Assembly: GCA_964304625.1 (NCBI GenBank)
Contig: OZ199839.1
Coordinates: 2,110,093 to 2,174,092, forward strand
Length of the DNA stretch: 64,000 nt
DNA from: Kudoa neothunni
Taxonomy: Eukaryota; Animalia; Cnidaria
Direction of reading: 5' to 3'
Position 1 is the first letter of the stretch; each line of letters begins with the position of its first letter. A program made the translations under genes and the position numbers. The notes under the pieces were generated by a model. That model did not search any database and was not told the DNA's origin. It saw only the letters and a program-made list of their open reading frames with translations. Shown here piece after piece: positions 41,322 to 55,498 of this stretch.

Positions 41322-42196
41322 TTTTGAGGATTAGTTAGATCGAGCCATTGTCGACAGTCACTGGCTACGTTATTTAAGGGATAAATTAATGAGTTGATGT
41401 GTAAATTCTAAGAGCAGAGTTTTTATTGGAAAATAGTTGATAAATTCTGCTAAACGACAACTCACGGAACATAAAAAACCACTTTTTAAATTAAAAATAA
41501 ATATTTTACAAAATTATTTTTCTTGACAATGAGAAAATATCCTGTTTTAAGCTTTTAATATTTACTCAGTGAAATAAAGTTTTATAGTAAATATTAAATT
41601 TTGAATAATTAATTTTATTTTGTCCATTTTTGTTTTGTATATTGAATGTATATCATTGTTTGGATAGGACATAAAATAATTCATATCTCGTTCGATCAAA
41701 CATTGAGTCTGTGTCGGCTTCTCAGTAAAAGTGTTTGGTTCAGTGTGGTACCGCTTAAACCTCGAATTAATTCTCTAATTAACTGTACGCTGTATCCCCT
41801 TCAAGTAAGAATGTAAAAATGGGATACAAATGTGCACCACACTTTATTTTATAAAATTGTCCAAAATAAAAGTCAGTATTTACTAATAAAATGTGAGAAG
41901 AATTTATCGTACAAATTTCGAATAAATGGCCAATTTTTTAAGGTTATTTTCTGAATGTGAATGAGCGATAATATATATTGCCACATTATCTCATTGGAAT
42001 ATGATAGTATTTATAAGTCTATTTCTGCGTTTTTTAATTAAATAAATAAATAATTTAACTCCCAATAATGAATTCATTTTAATTAGAACAACTTAATATA
42101 ACATTGTGAAGAAAACCATATGATCGAAAATAGTGATTATTTCATAAAACAATTATGACACGTTTTTTAACCCTCTGAGTCACACGAGAATTTACA

Positions 42197-43272
42197 CCTT
42201 CCAAGTAAAAATAGAGTAGAAATCTACCCAGGTTTTCTCGACTAAAACTATGCCAAATTAAACTTTATTTAATTTGGCATTGTTTTAATACATTCTGCCG
42301 ATTAGATTTTAAGTAAATCAAGGTATACATATATATACTAAATATAATGAGCCCGCATTGCGTGATATATTAGGGTTTTTCACTGCCCGCTCTTGTCTTA
42401 TCAACAGTAAATCTCTTGTTTTTTCCTTAAAATATTCTTTTAATGTAAAAGAATCGTTGAAGGTTTATTGGGCACAAATAAATGTAATATTTACACTAAA
42501 ACATAACAAACATAAAGAAAAAACGGTGTTATTTCTTGAAAAATGACCACAAAACATGCCAACAATGTTTCTTATAACAAAATGCTACGCAAACATCACA
42601 TTTATGTACAGTTTTAATGTCGTACACTTGTTGATTGAATAATTCCCCCCTTGTTTCGATTATCAACGTAATATTCTGTTTTTTGAATATTAAAACACCA
42701 AAACGATTTTAAAAGGTGTTTTAGTTGGTGTTCGAGTAGATAGCGGGGCCGCAGTCTCCCATAATGTGCCATTCTTGTCAATAAGAAAATCGACTGGCAG
42801 ATTTATACTAACATCGCATTTATCTAAAGATTCTTCGTCAATAGACCGTATTAAGAGTCTGATGAGTCAAATCTGAGAAACTTTCACTGTATTCGCAAGA
42901 ACATATTGCACACAAAACGAGAGGAAAGCATTCGCACAGGGGGCTTAATAATAGTGTTTATTGATTTACTCAAAATCTAATCGATAGAATATATTAAAAC
43001 TATGAAAAATTTAATAACTTTTTATTTTAAATTGGTTTAATCCATAAAAATCTGGGGGAGATTTCTACCCCATTTTTACTTGGAAGGTAAGATACTGCTG
43101 AAGTAACTTTTTTTTATATCTAAATGATACACTTTTTTATTCCTAATATTTATATTATAAAAACGGTCACAAGATTATACTGAATTTGGATCATTTATCT
43201 TTAATTTATTGGGTAAAAAATGACTTTCTAACATCACGTGGGATAGATTTCTACCTCATTTTACTTGGACGG
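42197..43272. mobile_element. piggyBac-like non-autonomous element
   Basis: Inverted ends CCTTCCAAGTAAAAATAGAGTAGAAATCTACCC and GATAGATTTCTACCTCATTTTACTTGGACGG+TTAA; the GTAGA(A/T)(A/T)TCTACCCC motif recurs at ~19900-20104, ~36550, ~43060 and ~43540-43750. Confidence 0.6.
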
Positions 43273-43911
43273 TTAAAGTTTTTCAAAACGCCAAACTAAG
43301 AAAACTGATGAAATGTCATCACAATTTGAAGAATCAGTGTACGACTTATCAGAATCTGGGGAGTTACCACTGTATTAAGGATAGGAGAGAATGACGCGCT
43401 CGCAATAAGTCATGCATGCGTAGGAGGATCGCACGTATTGTTTTGGGTCATTTATCCCAATATTTATTCGATAGAATATTCTTTAATTTTTCCAAATGAC
43501 ATCTATAAATATTTCGAACAATTTTATAAAGGAAAAATGAGGAGTAGAATTCTACTTCGAATATATATAGAGGGTATATTTACATTAACTTTTTTTATAT
43601 ATGGTAACAAAAAATTTCAAATTCTTTTCCCAAAAGCAATTATAAAGTTGGAAGGTTGTAAAAAATTTATAGGAGTTATGTTCCATTTATACGCTATAAC
43701 ATGGTTGTCAAAATTCACTTGGGTAAAATTTACCCTGTTTTATTTGAAGCAGTGATTTTCAAACTTTTTGGAATGGCGGATCCCCCAGCAAGCTCAAATT
43801 GTCTTGCAGATCCCCATATATATATATATATATATATTAAGGAACTGGTAAAATAATAAAGTACGAAGTTTATAAAAATTTGAATGCATTTATTTGTAAA
43901 AAACTTAAATA

Positions 43912-44553
43912 CAATGAATCTCCAATATCCGGAAATCGCGCTATCTGGAAGGTATTTTAAGTTTTTTTTGGATTTTATTGAAATCATGTGTCGGTAAATG
44001 TTCGATTAACCGGTATCTCGGTAACCCGAAACCGGAACAATTATTTAATCATAATTCTGGATAAACGTACCACCCATCACCGTAAGAAATACACAATGTA
44101 GCATATATGCTAACGAAACATTTAAAGAAAAAATATTTTAGATTAATTATTTATAATTTTTTCCTCTAAAACTCAAGTTAAACATTCAGTTCTAATATAA
44201 ATTTGTACTACACCCTCACATATGCCTGTATGTGTATTAAACAAAATTTAATCACCGATTATTAAAAAAAGTATAGTACTCCTATGTGTACGTGTTTTTC
44301 TCCCATAATTATGTACAGTTTTTTTTTCATTTAAATCCCCATATACTTAGTTTATAGATATGCCAATTTTTTAAAATTTAAGTTGCAGAAGTAAACTATT
44401 TCACTTCTGCGGTAGATAGCAAAAATTGGTTATAAATCAAGTAAACAGTACTTATGTAGAAATTCGAAACTGCGCGCGCAATATTGTTTATGATAGGTTA
44501 ACCGGAGGGAAAATCGCCGGTGTCAAATTTTCCGGATAATCAAGGTTAGGCTG
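43912..44553. mobile_element. TA-flanked pogo/Tc1-type MITE, copy 1 (~640 bp)
   Basis: Colinear similarity with 59088-59727 along its length; ends ...TTTTCCGGATAATC...CTG+TA. Confidence 0.8.
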
Positions 44554-45604
44554 TATTAATTATTAAAACAATATTTCTTCATTAAATAAGACGGAAAATA
44601 ACCTCGAATTTATCATTTAATGATAGAGCTTAAAAATTTTTTGACTTTATTTTTTGATTTTAATGGTGAAATTAGTTTATTAAATAGGAAAAATAGCATT
44701 ATATTGAATCAATTAATTGAAATTTTATGTGTATATTTTAAAGGTTTCAAACGAAATTTGTGTATGGAGATAGAGAAACAAATAAATTACTTTATTGATT
44801 AATAATATTGAATAATTTTAATATTGATTTAATTTAAAATGTTAGAATAATTATTTCATTTTTTATTTAACGCTTAAAATTTTCTTGATAATGATTTCGA
44901 GAATCGACAAATTTGAACGAGTACCGAGTATCGGCCAGAAGATGATGGCGGGAAAACACCATCGACAACTTGAACATTAATTCTTAAGCCTTTAGCTTCC
45001 ATGGAGGTATATGGATTTCAAAATAAAATCAAATGTGACTAGACAATTTTTCGGTTGATTCCAATAAGAATTATTCCCTACAAACTCCCATACGTAGCTA
45101 AATATTAAAGAAGATCCTCCAGTGATCATTTGGGGTTGAATCTACGAAAATTTTTTATTTTATCGTATAATAGAAAAATTTTTTAAATTTATTTTGTAAA
45201 ATAATTAATAATTCCTTATCAATAAAAATTTAGATAAAGATTTATAGTATTCTAAATATATATTCTTTCTCATTTACCGTACTTAATTTATCAAGAATAT
45301 TCAACAATAGTTTTCAAGCAGTATAACAGGGTAGGTTATTTCCATTGATATATGAAATAATAAGCGTTTTATAAGAAAGTGCAGCATAAGAATGATATTG
45401 ACAGCTTCTTCAAATACCTTACACGGAGAGATATAAAGTACCTCGTAAAAATAACAAAATGAAAAAATAGACAAAAATGATCCAAATATTTTTTATATTT
45501 CACTCGTTTTTGATTCTCAGTAGATTTCATTAATTTATTACGTTAATTTCACCCCGCAATGAACCACCCTAAAGGACTATCAATAAGGAAATTGTTAGTG
45601 TCAT

Positions 45605-47811
45605 TCAAATCCCTCTCCCTCCAAAAAATAAAGCCTGTAACTGATACATTAAACGCCATAAAAACACCAATTTTAAAACCATATCAAGAGAATTATACTT
45701 ATTTTGCAGAATTTTGGAATAGTGTCGATTTTGAATCAATGAATTTAAGCCTTTTATAAACCCTTTCCCATAGCCCATTAATTGAATTTTGGATTCACAT
45801 ATTGATTTCTTATATTTCTTGAAATAGTTCACCAAAATAATTTTGTATATTTTGGGGTCCGTGAGAGGGTTTTGCACTGTTGTATGTTCATTGTACGTTT
45901 GCAATTATTTTGGGCAAATGATAGGAAATCATACCTACAATTGGTGTATACCAATTTTGTCGCTACAAATAGTTCAAAGTCCTTATATTTTTCTAGCGGA
46001 TATAAGGATTTTGTGAGCTCATCCGGTAGAGCTATAGTTTGTGCTTTTGCATGTCTTATCATATTGAAAAGTTCCGACAGCGATTCATCATTAAATAATG
46101 GATCCAGTAGACGGCAAGATTCATTATACGACTTTTTTTCAAATATTTTATTAAAATGAATAATTTTTATACGGCTTAATAATGAGCATTCAACCTCATT
46201 GAATTTTGGAATATTGTTGACGTTAATAATAATTTTCGACTGGATATTTTCAATTCTAATATTGTTATCATAGCTTCTTTTGCATGGCAATACTCCACTT
46301 TCTAATGTATATTATTTATATGGATATTCAATTATAAAATGTTCACCTGAGACGACTTTAATTAGGCGGCTATCAAATTTGTCAAACGGCGGGTCCATTA
46401 CACAGCATAACTTTTTCTCCCTAATATAAAATTTTAATAGTAATATCGTATAATAATACCATAAATTCTCATGTTGTTGAAATGAATTAGAGAGGATTTT
46501 TGTCTCGGAGAAAAACCCTCTGGGTATCTCACCAAAAAAATCCCCCCAAAAATGTCTTAATAATTTGAGAAAAGTGGATTTTCCATTCATACCACAGCCA
46601 TAAAAGAAAAGTATATATTTGTTTATTTTTTTTCCGTACAACGCTTCGTTTAAAAATTCCATTACGTCATGAATGTGGTCATCGCTCAATATGGAAGACA
46701 AATATTCTCGTATACTTGTGCTAGTTGTATTTGGTATGTAGTTAAATGGCAGGTGCCTTGTTACATAGTCTTCTTTTTTAATTTCCCCGAATTGATTTTC
46801 GTTAATGTTGTATATAAGATTTTTAAAAGCTATATTATCCATTGAACGAAGAAAAAAATCCGCCGGTGGGAGATATTCATTCTTTATCAACTTTTGGGAC
46901 ATCTCGCTAAGCCTTGATTTTTTAATGAAATTCTTTACGTCAGAAATTAAATTTTTAATCAATTTTTTCTCATAAATACTGACATTTTTTAAGCTCAGGC
47001 AGCCGCTCATGAAATCAATTAACTCTTAAAAAATTGAATACATTGGTTCTTCTCAATACTGATTGCTTACCTGTTCCTTCGTCAAAGATTCTACTGCATA
47101 TTTTATTCCAAACTTCCTTAGTGTCTATTAGATGCCAAATTTTTGTTTTTGATTCAAATACATACCACTTTTCGGACTCTTTGGTGATTTGAAATGCATC
47201 AATTTGGATTTTTTTCAAAATAAGGTTTATAAATCTATTATCAAGTAATTACTTAGGCCGAAGAATTAGGAGTTACCCATAATGTGAAGGATCGTTAATG
47301 AAGTATAATAAACATTTTTCATCAGTATCAGGAAACTTTTCCATGTACGCGCTAAAAACTTCCAGTGGGCTTGGGGTAGGTGGAGACGACAACGCAGTTT
47401 GATACAACTCAGAATCGGTATTTTCGCGAGTTGCAAATAAGGATTCATTGATAACCTGACCTGCAGAATGGTCATGCTTAGGTAATGGAGAGCTTTCTTT
47501 ATACGGAAGTGCAAGAAACGGGCTTGGTTGAGATGAAAGCGAAATCATATTGTTAGCATACCCCGTCTGTCTCTTCAAGATAACAATAATTTAAACAATT
47601 TCATATGATCGGTTACTCGCTGGATCGTTATCAATATATTAAAACATTTTTCGTTAACTGGGAATAAAGAATCCGCACTGCAGGCTGGTTGTTTCTCACT
47701 CCTGGGTACACTATTTGGGTCGCCATTAGAATTACTCGCTAGGCGGATTGTGACACTAGAATCGTCTACAATGTTTATAACGATATCCGACTTATCATTC
47801 GGATTATCCAT
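45605..47811 (-). CDS. Intron-containing D5-like (poxvirus D5 / phage P4-type) superfamily 3 helicase without a recognisable primase domain
   Basis: D5_N-like WYVF...KIW and IAFKN.IYNI...I.KEDYVT..LP.NY; Walker A FFYGCGMNGKSTF; Walker B-like KKLCCVMDPP; motif C IIINVNNIP; Arg-finger region LLSRIKIIHF. GT-AG introns 47573-47616, 47235-47276, 47025-47070, 46421-46459 and 46302-46346 give an open frame from ATG 47811 to stop 45829 (~588 aa). A frameshift near 45905 may hide a longer C-terminus to 45605. Confidence 0.85.
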
Positions 47812-49087
47812 AATGTTGGCAATGGCGTCTGAAATATTATTTGATCCGCTCACTTCTCACTGACAAAGCCCAATCCAACTTACCCTTAGTACCAACAGAG
47901 AACGATAAAACCGAAAGCAGAGAATGCGTCCCATCTAGAGCTTAGAGCGTGTTTGTTAATTTTTGACGGACTACATTGTTTCATTTAGGATACTCTATAT
48001 AAACAGCGATAGCTGTCACGTTTATTCCTCTAATACTGAATTAATTCCTTGATTCGATTACCATTCGAATTCATAAAAATAATTGAATAAATGTATATAA
48101 TCCAAAAAACAAAGAATCAATATTTAAACAAAGGTACCTCTCTCGAATGTAAATGTGGTCCGCTATTTTTATCCCCTTAGTAGTCGCTTTGAATATATAG
48201 CTATATTTTTGATACTTAAATCAGAAATAAATACATTTAACCGAAATTTAACGAAAAAAAAATTTATTTTCATTGATCTTAAATCGAAAAATACAAGGTA
48301 ATCTTTTTTATTCATTCATTTTGAATATATTAAATTTTTTCATGTATTTGAATTTAATCGCAATATAGTTAGTAAATTTTCATCTAATTTCAATTAATCA
48401 ATATTTATGATTTAATACTTTTACATTATGGTTCCCGTTTTTCTTTGAATTATTTTGAAATTGTAATTTAATATTTAGCAAAAAAGGTCACTTTATTAAA
48501 TGATACGTTCAATAATAATTATAGGAATATTTTATAGATCGAAAAAAATCTATTTCTGATATTTGAATAAATGTTATTTACTTCTATTTATCAAAAAAAT
48601 TTTTGTTGCAATTAAAATTGAATGACAAATAGCATAACTATTACACCTACAGTTTATCAACAGTGCGGCTCTTTGAGTTGTTAATACTCAAAGACGGTTC
48701 CGGGATAAATATTTTTAATAATTCTGTACTAGACTTAAAATGTGTTCAAAACAAATTTTTCAATTATTTTTCGTGAATTTAATCTACTCACACATAACAT
48801 GTCTTATTACCAATAGGATTTGTATATGCTTCAAAAGTAAGTTTAAAGGGACTTACCGACTTAAAGTTGGATTCTCAAACTTCATCCCATTTATTAGGAA
48901 GTAATCAAAACTGGGATGAAATATTTTATTGTGTAAAAATTTTTTACTCGTTACTTTTATGTAAAAAAGAGTAGAAAATAACGGACTTGTAGAAGATTTG
49001 AAATGCGATTAAAATTTATTTTTCAATACGTGCGCATACCAATATATTCAACATTTTCGTCATTCGAACATACGAATGTTTGGATAT

Positions 49088-51443
49088 CGGGGTTAAGACC
49101 GGTTTGTTTTTTTAACCGTCGGTTCGATTTAGGTCTGGTTTGTGGTAAAACCGAAATCGATTCTAAAAATCAATTTTTTTAATCAGTATAAATTAGCTTC
49201 TATCATTAATTGATGCTGTATTTTAAACAAATAAACGCGTATTTAAATAATAAAGGGGCAGAACATTTTTTGAGAGTGGACGTGTTTCAGCTGCGAATAA
49301 TTTTTTTGTTCGTTATTACGGTAATGGTAGCTGCTATTTGGAGCTATTTTGTTAAGCTTGCTAATGAAAAAGCAAAATGTAACAAATACGATGCAATGCT
49401 TACGTGCAAAAAAGGTTCGACTGATACATTGCATGCACATGCTAAATTACATGCGATCGATTCAAAAAATAAGTTGTTGCAATCGCTGATATTTTTCTAT
49501 TGAAATTAAGAAGCATACAAGTACGATCCATTATTTAAAGTTATGCGAGGAAAAAGTCTTCTTGGGATTTTAACCTGGAGAGTGATATTTCCAAATTAGT
49601 CGCGATTGACAACATTCCTATTTCCAAAATTGCAAAAAGTACCACCATAAGACGCTTGTTAAAAAAAATTATAATAAAGAGATCCCAGTATATTATGATG
49701 AAATTTTCGGTTCTTGCGTAAAAGTAGAAGCATCTATGGTGAGCAAGATAAATAATTTTTCCGGTGCCAATTCAAGACCTGCACTCTGTTCTGATGAGTG
49801 GACATCAAGTTCGAAAAAGCGATTTCTTAATATTCAAGCGTATGTCGAGGACAAAAAAATTTCACTCGGGGTTGTTAGAGTCATCGAAAGGTGTACAATG
49901 TACACGGTACAGGCGTAGAATTGACATCATTAATCAAAAACCAGCCTTCGAAATTTGTCGTTAAGTCCTTATTTATGTGCACCGATGGAGCATGGCAAAA
50001 TGCACTTTTGAGTTGGGCTTCCAGCAGATTAAGTGCATGCTTCATGGAATAACTTTAGGTAATTGAGTTATTAATTGACAAACCTACATTAACGTATAGC
50101 TGTAAAAGACACAATGTGAGAAGCTCGTAGCCAGAAGCCAAAAAATATCGAAACTATAACGGACGACCAAGAATTTGTCTTCGTACCAAGTTTCTTAGAT
50201 ATTGTTATATCGGGTGAGGTCAATTGTTAGTCACTTCAAAATCTAGATCTGGATTGGCCTCCGACACATTGAGAAAATCATGTGAACGAAAAGACATTGA
50301 ATACCTATCACCGAATATCGATTGTGTGACACGATGGTCAAGTTGTTACGATATGTTAGTTAAATTTGTGAAAATGTTTGAGGTTATCGAAGGCGCTTAC
50401 ATGATTTTGGAAAGGATTTACTGACCGATAAAGATGAAATTATTTGGCCAATGTAATTATCTATAAAGATATTGTAAAAATGACTGAATTTTAAGGAATT
50501 AACATCATGCCTGGAAATTGTGCATCGCACCGCTCTCAAACTTTCAGAGTCACAAATAAATCTTGCACAATGTTACTTCATACTAACCAACACAGTTGAA
50601 GATCTCTCGCTTATTGACGGAACCTTTTCAGAAAATTTAAAAATGAAATTTATCGAGCGCTGCTTTGAACGACGCATTATTTTGTCTGATATATTAATGT
50701 TTTTAAGCTTCGATTCAAACATTCGTGAAAAGAGTTTACTCTACGGAAGACCGCCAAATTTTGAACTACAAGAAATTAATTTGAATGAACCGAATGATCA
50801 AATCCCCACCTATGAACCTTCCGAAGCTGATATGGATTTAGACGATTTGATAAATTACGTGACCAGCCCAAAAAAGTCAAAATATTATTCGGATTCCAAC
50901 GAAATTACCGATTTTGTTAATCAAGATGTGATGTCAGATCGTTTAGAAATGGTTCGTAAAACTCATTCTAACATAAGGACCTACGAGTATTGACCCAGAA
51001 AGATGTGTCTCCCTATGCAACCGCGTTATTTTCCCGTTGACAACAAAACTGAGCGACTCGAAACTTGAAACCATTGTGTTCATTTATGAAAATAGAAATA
51101 ACTAAATTGAAATTTGAACTATAGAATTTTTCATAGTGCGTTTGAAAGAATTTGATCGTAAAATATTTGTAATAGTTTTTAAAGGTAATAAAAAACAATT
51201 CTTATCGATAAAATTAATTAAAACAATAAAAGCTAATATATATAATTTAATTCTATTGTAAAATAATTCGAAATTTGGGTTTAAAGAATATTCTTAAACA
51301 AAGAATAACTAAAATATGATTTCATTCATCACATTTTTACATTTTTTTGCGTTCACAAAAGTTAACATTGATACTTGAAAAAATAATTTATAAAACCGAA
51401 AACCGTTTTAGAAATAACAGAAACCGAACCGTCTTAACCCCTC
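49088..51443 (+). mobile_element. hAT (Ac-like) DNA transposon, degraded
   Basis: TIRs GGGGTTAAGAC(C)GGTT / AACCGTCTTAACCCC; flanks TTGGATAT / TTCGATAT form a near-perfect 8-bp TSD; BED finger IWSYF..AKC..GST..LH.H, SDEWTS, TDGA, CMLHG, DCVTRWSSCYDML. Confidence 0.9.
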
Positions 51444-54400
51444 TTTCGATATTGGTCGATTCATAAATAATTCTTTGTTTTTGCCAAAATAAAATTCATT
51501 TGTATCCATGGGATCAAAAAAATATTCAGGCTCATTGAAACCATATACATTAAGGTTTTCAATATTGCACAATTAATCGGTACCTGGACTTTGCTGGCCA
51601 TTGCCGAATTTCGCGCACGCGCCACAAGAATAAATTTCTAATTTTTGGACGAATAAAATCATCTACTTTGTTTGTATTATTTAATTAAGAATGTGAAGGA
51701 CATCGATCTAACAATATAAGAACTTTTAATATTTTTCTCGCAAACTTGTGATCAAGATTTTTTTAAAATATCATGATAGTGGAAGACATCCACTCATTTT
51801 TTTGATCGTAATATTTAATAGATAAATTATTAATTACTTTAAAACAGTGGGTCTCTCAAAATTAAACAATGATACCGTGGAAAAATTTTTTCTTGCAAAT
51901 TAAGCAGTTTATAACAAGGTGACAGGTTATTGATTGTTTCGTTGCATTTTAATTAAATTAAATTAAATTTTACCCATTTTTTAAGGCATATGCTCGTTGG
52001 GCACACTGTTCCTAGAAAAGATTTTTTTTTAAAGCGGTTTAATATGTTTTCTTTCTCATAAATACTTATTACCTCAAAAAAATCTGTTTACCTATTCGTA
52101 ACCAATATTTAGGGCATGTAACTTTCGATTTTATCAGGATGGTTCGGCGTTTATTTTTTCCTATTGTTTCAGAAAAAACGTCTTAATAAGAATATGCGGG
52201 AAAAGATGTGATTTGGAAAATTATATTGAGGATTGATTTAATTTATAAATTATTTAAAATGAATTTATTTACAAATACCGCAAGTTAAAGTTACCTACAA
52301 AACCAAACCATATGTAGAAACATATTGTGTTATTAAACATCGTTAGATGATAGAATCGTTAAAGCATGTCTCACCTGACCCCTTTTGTTATTTAGATATC
52401 ATAAAAATCCAAAAATAACGATTTATCATGTTTCAGCTGTAGTGTATGATGGATTACCACTTAAAATAAGAGATAATTGCACAAGACTAGAAGTTTTTCC
52501 TAGAAATGTTGCCTTACCGCATGTTCACTTTCTAATGTCAAAAATTTTGTTGATAAGCATATACTTATATTGTTTAAACAAAATTCTAGCAACGTCAACT
52601 TCTTCGACAATTTTCATGAATTTTTAAACATACCACTGTTATTAATCGTAATAAAGATTTTTCCAGAGATTAATCGTGTTCTTTCAGGAGAGAGAATACT
52701 TATTTGAATGAAAAATCTCGATGGTATTATAATTTTATAAAGATCGTGAAATTAAATATAATTATAATCTGTGTAATGTTAGTTTGTGTTTTTTGCGTCA
52801 TAGAGATGTTTGTGTAGATCTATGTATTAATCTTCCTTATACGAAAAATAAACGTCGCAAATTGCATGACCTACCAATATTATCAGGAACGATCCGTGCT
52901 TCTCTACGGAAAGGGACTTTTTAAAACAAAGGCGACTCTTGAAATTTTTGAGCCGTCCTTAGCGTTTACTGAAGCTGGTGATTTTTAAGATTATCAGAAA
53001 AATGTTTTGTCTTTTCGGTGGTCAAAAATTCTAGAATATTTTCCTTTTTGTGATTCCATGACATTAACTGGTCGTATAATTCAATTTAAATTTGAACATA
53101 TTTTGCGTTTGTAATCTTTTTACAGGTAGAAGCAACATTGGAATTCTTTATATCAGATTTATTAGACAAAATTCTAGTCAGAGAAGAATAACCTATTTTA
53201 GTTTGAATAAAACTCACAATAAGAGAATACATGGTATTCTATGGCGCCTTAGAGACATTTACGAGAATTTCAGATTGATTTAATTAAAACATATATAACA
53301 TAATTTCAATTTTTAATCAATAGTTTCTTTCATCCCTCACTATACGGAACGTTCAAATGTGTAATTTAGTGCAGCGGTTACCAATGTTTTTAGCTGGTGG
53401 GCCAAATTTTGGATTCTCATAAGCCTCGAGAATCGGATTGAAAGTTTTTATTCGAAAAGCAATTACAGAAATGAAACGAAAACAATATAAATATCAGAAA
53501 ATAATGAATTTTTATTTGAGTGTGAAAAGGAAACTGATTCTTGTGGAAACATTTAGTATATTTCAATTATAGGGTGCCAACGAGATTATGCACCATCCAT
53601 AATCTATTGTATAACTCAAAAAATCGCAACGTTGGTTATATTTATGGTTGTAATTAAGAATTACAATTTTTTTCAAGTATAAAATTCATAGTTTATTTAT
53701 TCGATTATACTCAAATTATGTAGATGCTACTAAGGTGTTCATTTGTCGAGTTTAGAAATTCTTTATTATTTCTTTATTAACCACTATTTATATATAAGAA
53801 CATAATTTTGTAGAATACTGTATATGATTCTCAAAAGTATCTAAGGAATGATTATTATTGCCCATCATTTTAACGTTATAATATCAAATCAACTAAACTC
53901 AGCCAGATTAAAAATTATAGTCAATCAGCTTAATTTATAAGTTTAAATTATTAAAGGCGCAGGAATAAAATAAACTTTGCAACATGTATTTTATCGATTC
54001 GTACGTTTTACATTCAGAATCATGCTATATTAGTGTGTCGATTTTTCTTTTGTTTCAATTTGGATAAAGTAAAAACGTTAACGGAATTAAATGAGGATTT
54101 TTAATTAACACTCGTCTACTAAGGTAATGTACTGATAATCTTCAAGTAGGTCAACACAACTTCGCGTGCACAAGCGCATTCGAATATAGGGGCAGGGCGC
54201 CCAATGAGACTATCCGAAAAAACCCAAGGTCGACAAGAAAACATAATACTATTATTAAAATAAGAATTTTTATTTTACAGGGTTTTTTTAATTATTATCG
54301 TCAATTGAATCGATTTCATCATCTTCACAACCCTCAGTTAAGAAGTTTGATGTATTTTTCAAGCGCTCAAGGTATCATTGGCTCACAACATCGTTGCTCA

Positions 54401-55281
54401 CATCATGTATCAGTTTATTTGTTGGATGCGACGTCAAACACGTATTATAATTTTCTTTGGTCGACTGCTTTGCGATAAGTGTACATTTTACAATTACAAT
54501 TACAGACTTTAATGAGTTTGTTTAGTTTTTAATGTGTTCATTAATGAATTAATTAGTTCAACATATGCGGTAGATGGAATTTCTGTCCTTAGATATTGAT
54601 CAAGTCAATATTTAAAATCTACTTTTAACCAATCTTGATTGGAGCACATATTATTCCCCGCTCTTTTTGAGCTCCGTTTAAATTTTCACGCATACTTTAA
54701 AATAATATACGTCAATAACTCCAAAATATGTTATTAAAAAAGCTAGAAAATTTTAAGACAGTGTTGAAATATCCAAATAAAATCACAGAATAACAAGAAC
54801 AATTGATTAAATAATAATTATTCAAAGGTCGGGAAACAGCGCGTCACCGACGGCCATAATATCTGTTTAAATTTTCAAATAATTTTATTCCCCTCCATTA
54901 CTATAACAATCAATATGATTATTATTCCTAATTATAAAACTTATTATTTATAAACTGATCTCAACGAACTCAACAATCTACGAGTTTTGTAAATAAACAA
55001 AAAACCCCAAGATTTAGCTTAGAGTGAAAACCCATGGTTTGGACCCCCTATGTTAGGGGGGATACCGCGGGCCATACTATGGTGACTCTAATTTAGTGGA
55101 TTAATCGGATTAGAATTTGAAATAACTATTGCCCAATAGCAGGACCTTGAATTTTACCAAAATTTCCTCAAACAAAGGTTATTTTATATTTTTGGGTAAA
55201 ATGTTAATCTAGAGGAGTATATGCATCGCAAATTTTACAATATGGAGTATAGAAATAAGAAAAAAGAAGTGGCTATTGGCA

Positions 55282-55498
55282 TAGTAAATAATATTTAGGT
55301 GGCGCTAGTTTTGACTATATTTAAGTATTTCTGGCCCATCACTCCGCTCTTAGGGGTCAGGAATAATTAAATATAGTCGATTCTAAAAAATTACATCTAT
55401 AACTAGCTAGTAAGTTGGAGTTTGTGAGATTAAAAATTCTCAATTCACATGTATACATGCCATTTAGGATTAAATTGTACTGTGCCAATAACTTCTGC
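55282..55498 (-). repeat. ~220-bp dispersed repeat, copy 3
   Basis: Reverse-complement similarity to 13433-13650. Confidence 0.75.

Noticed and set aside
45605-47853. Decayed endogenous viral pseudogene, or TAA read as Gln, as the explanation for stops in the D5 gene
   Set aside because: The internal stops and frame breaks upstream of ~45910 all fall within phase-compatible GT-AG introns, and neighbouring genes use TAA as a normal stop.
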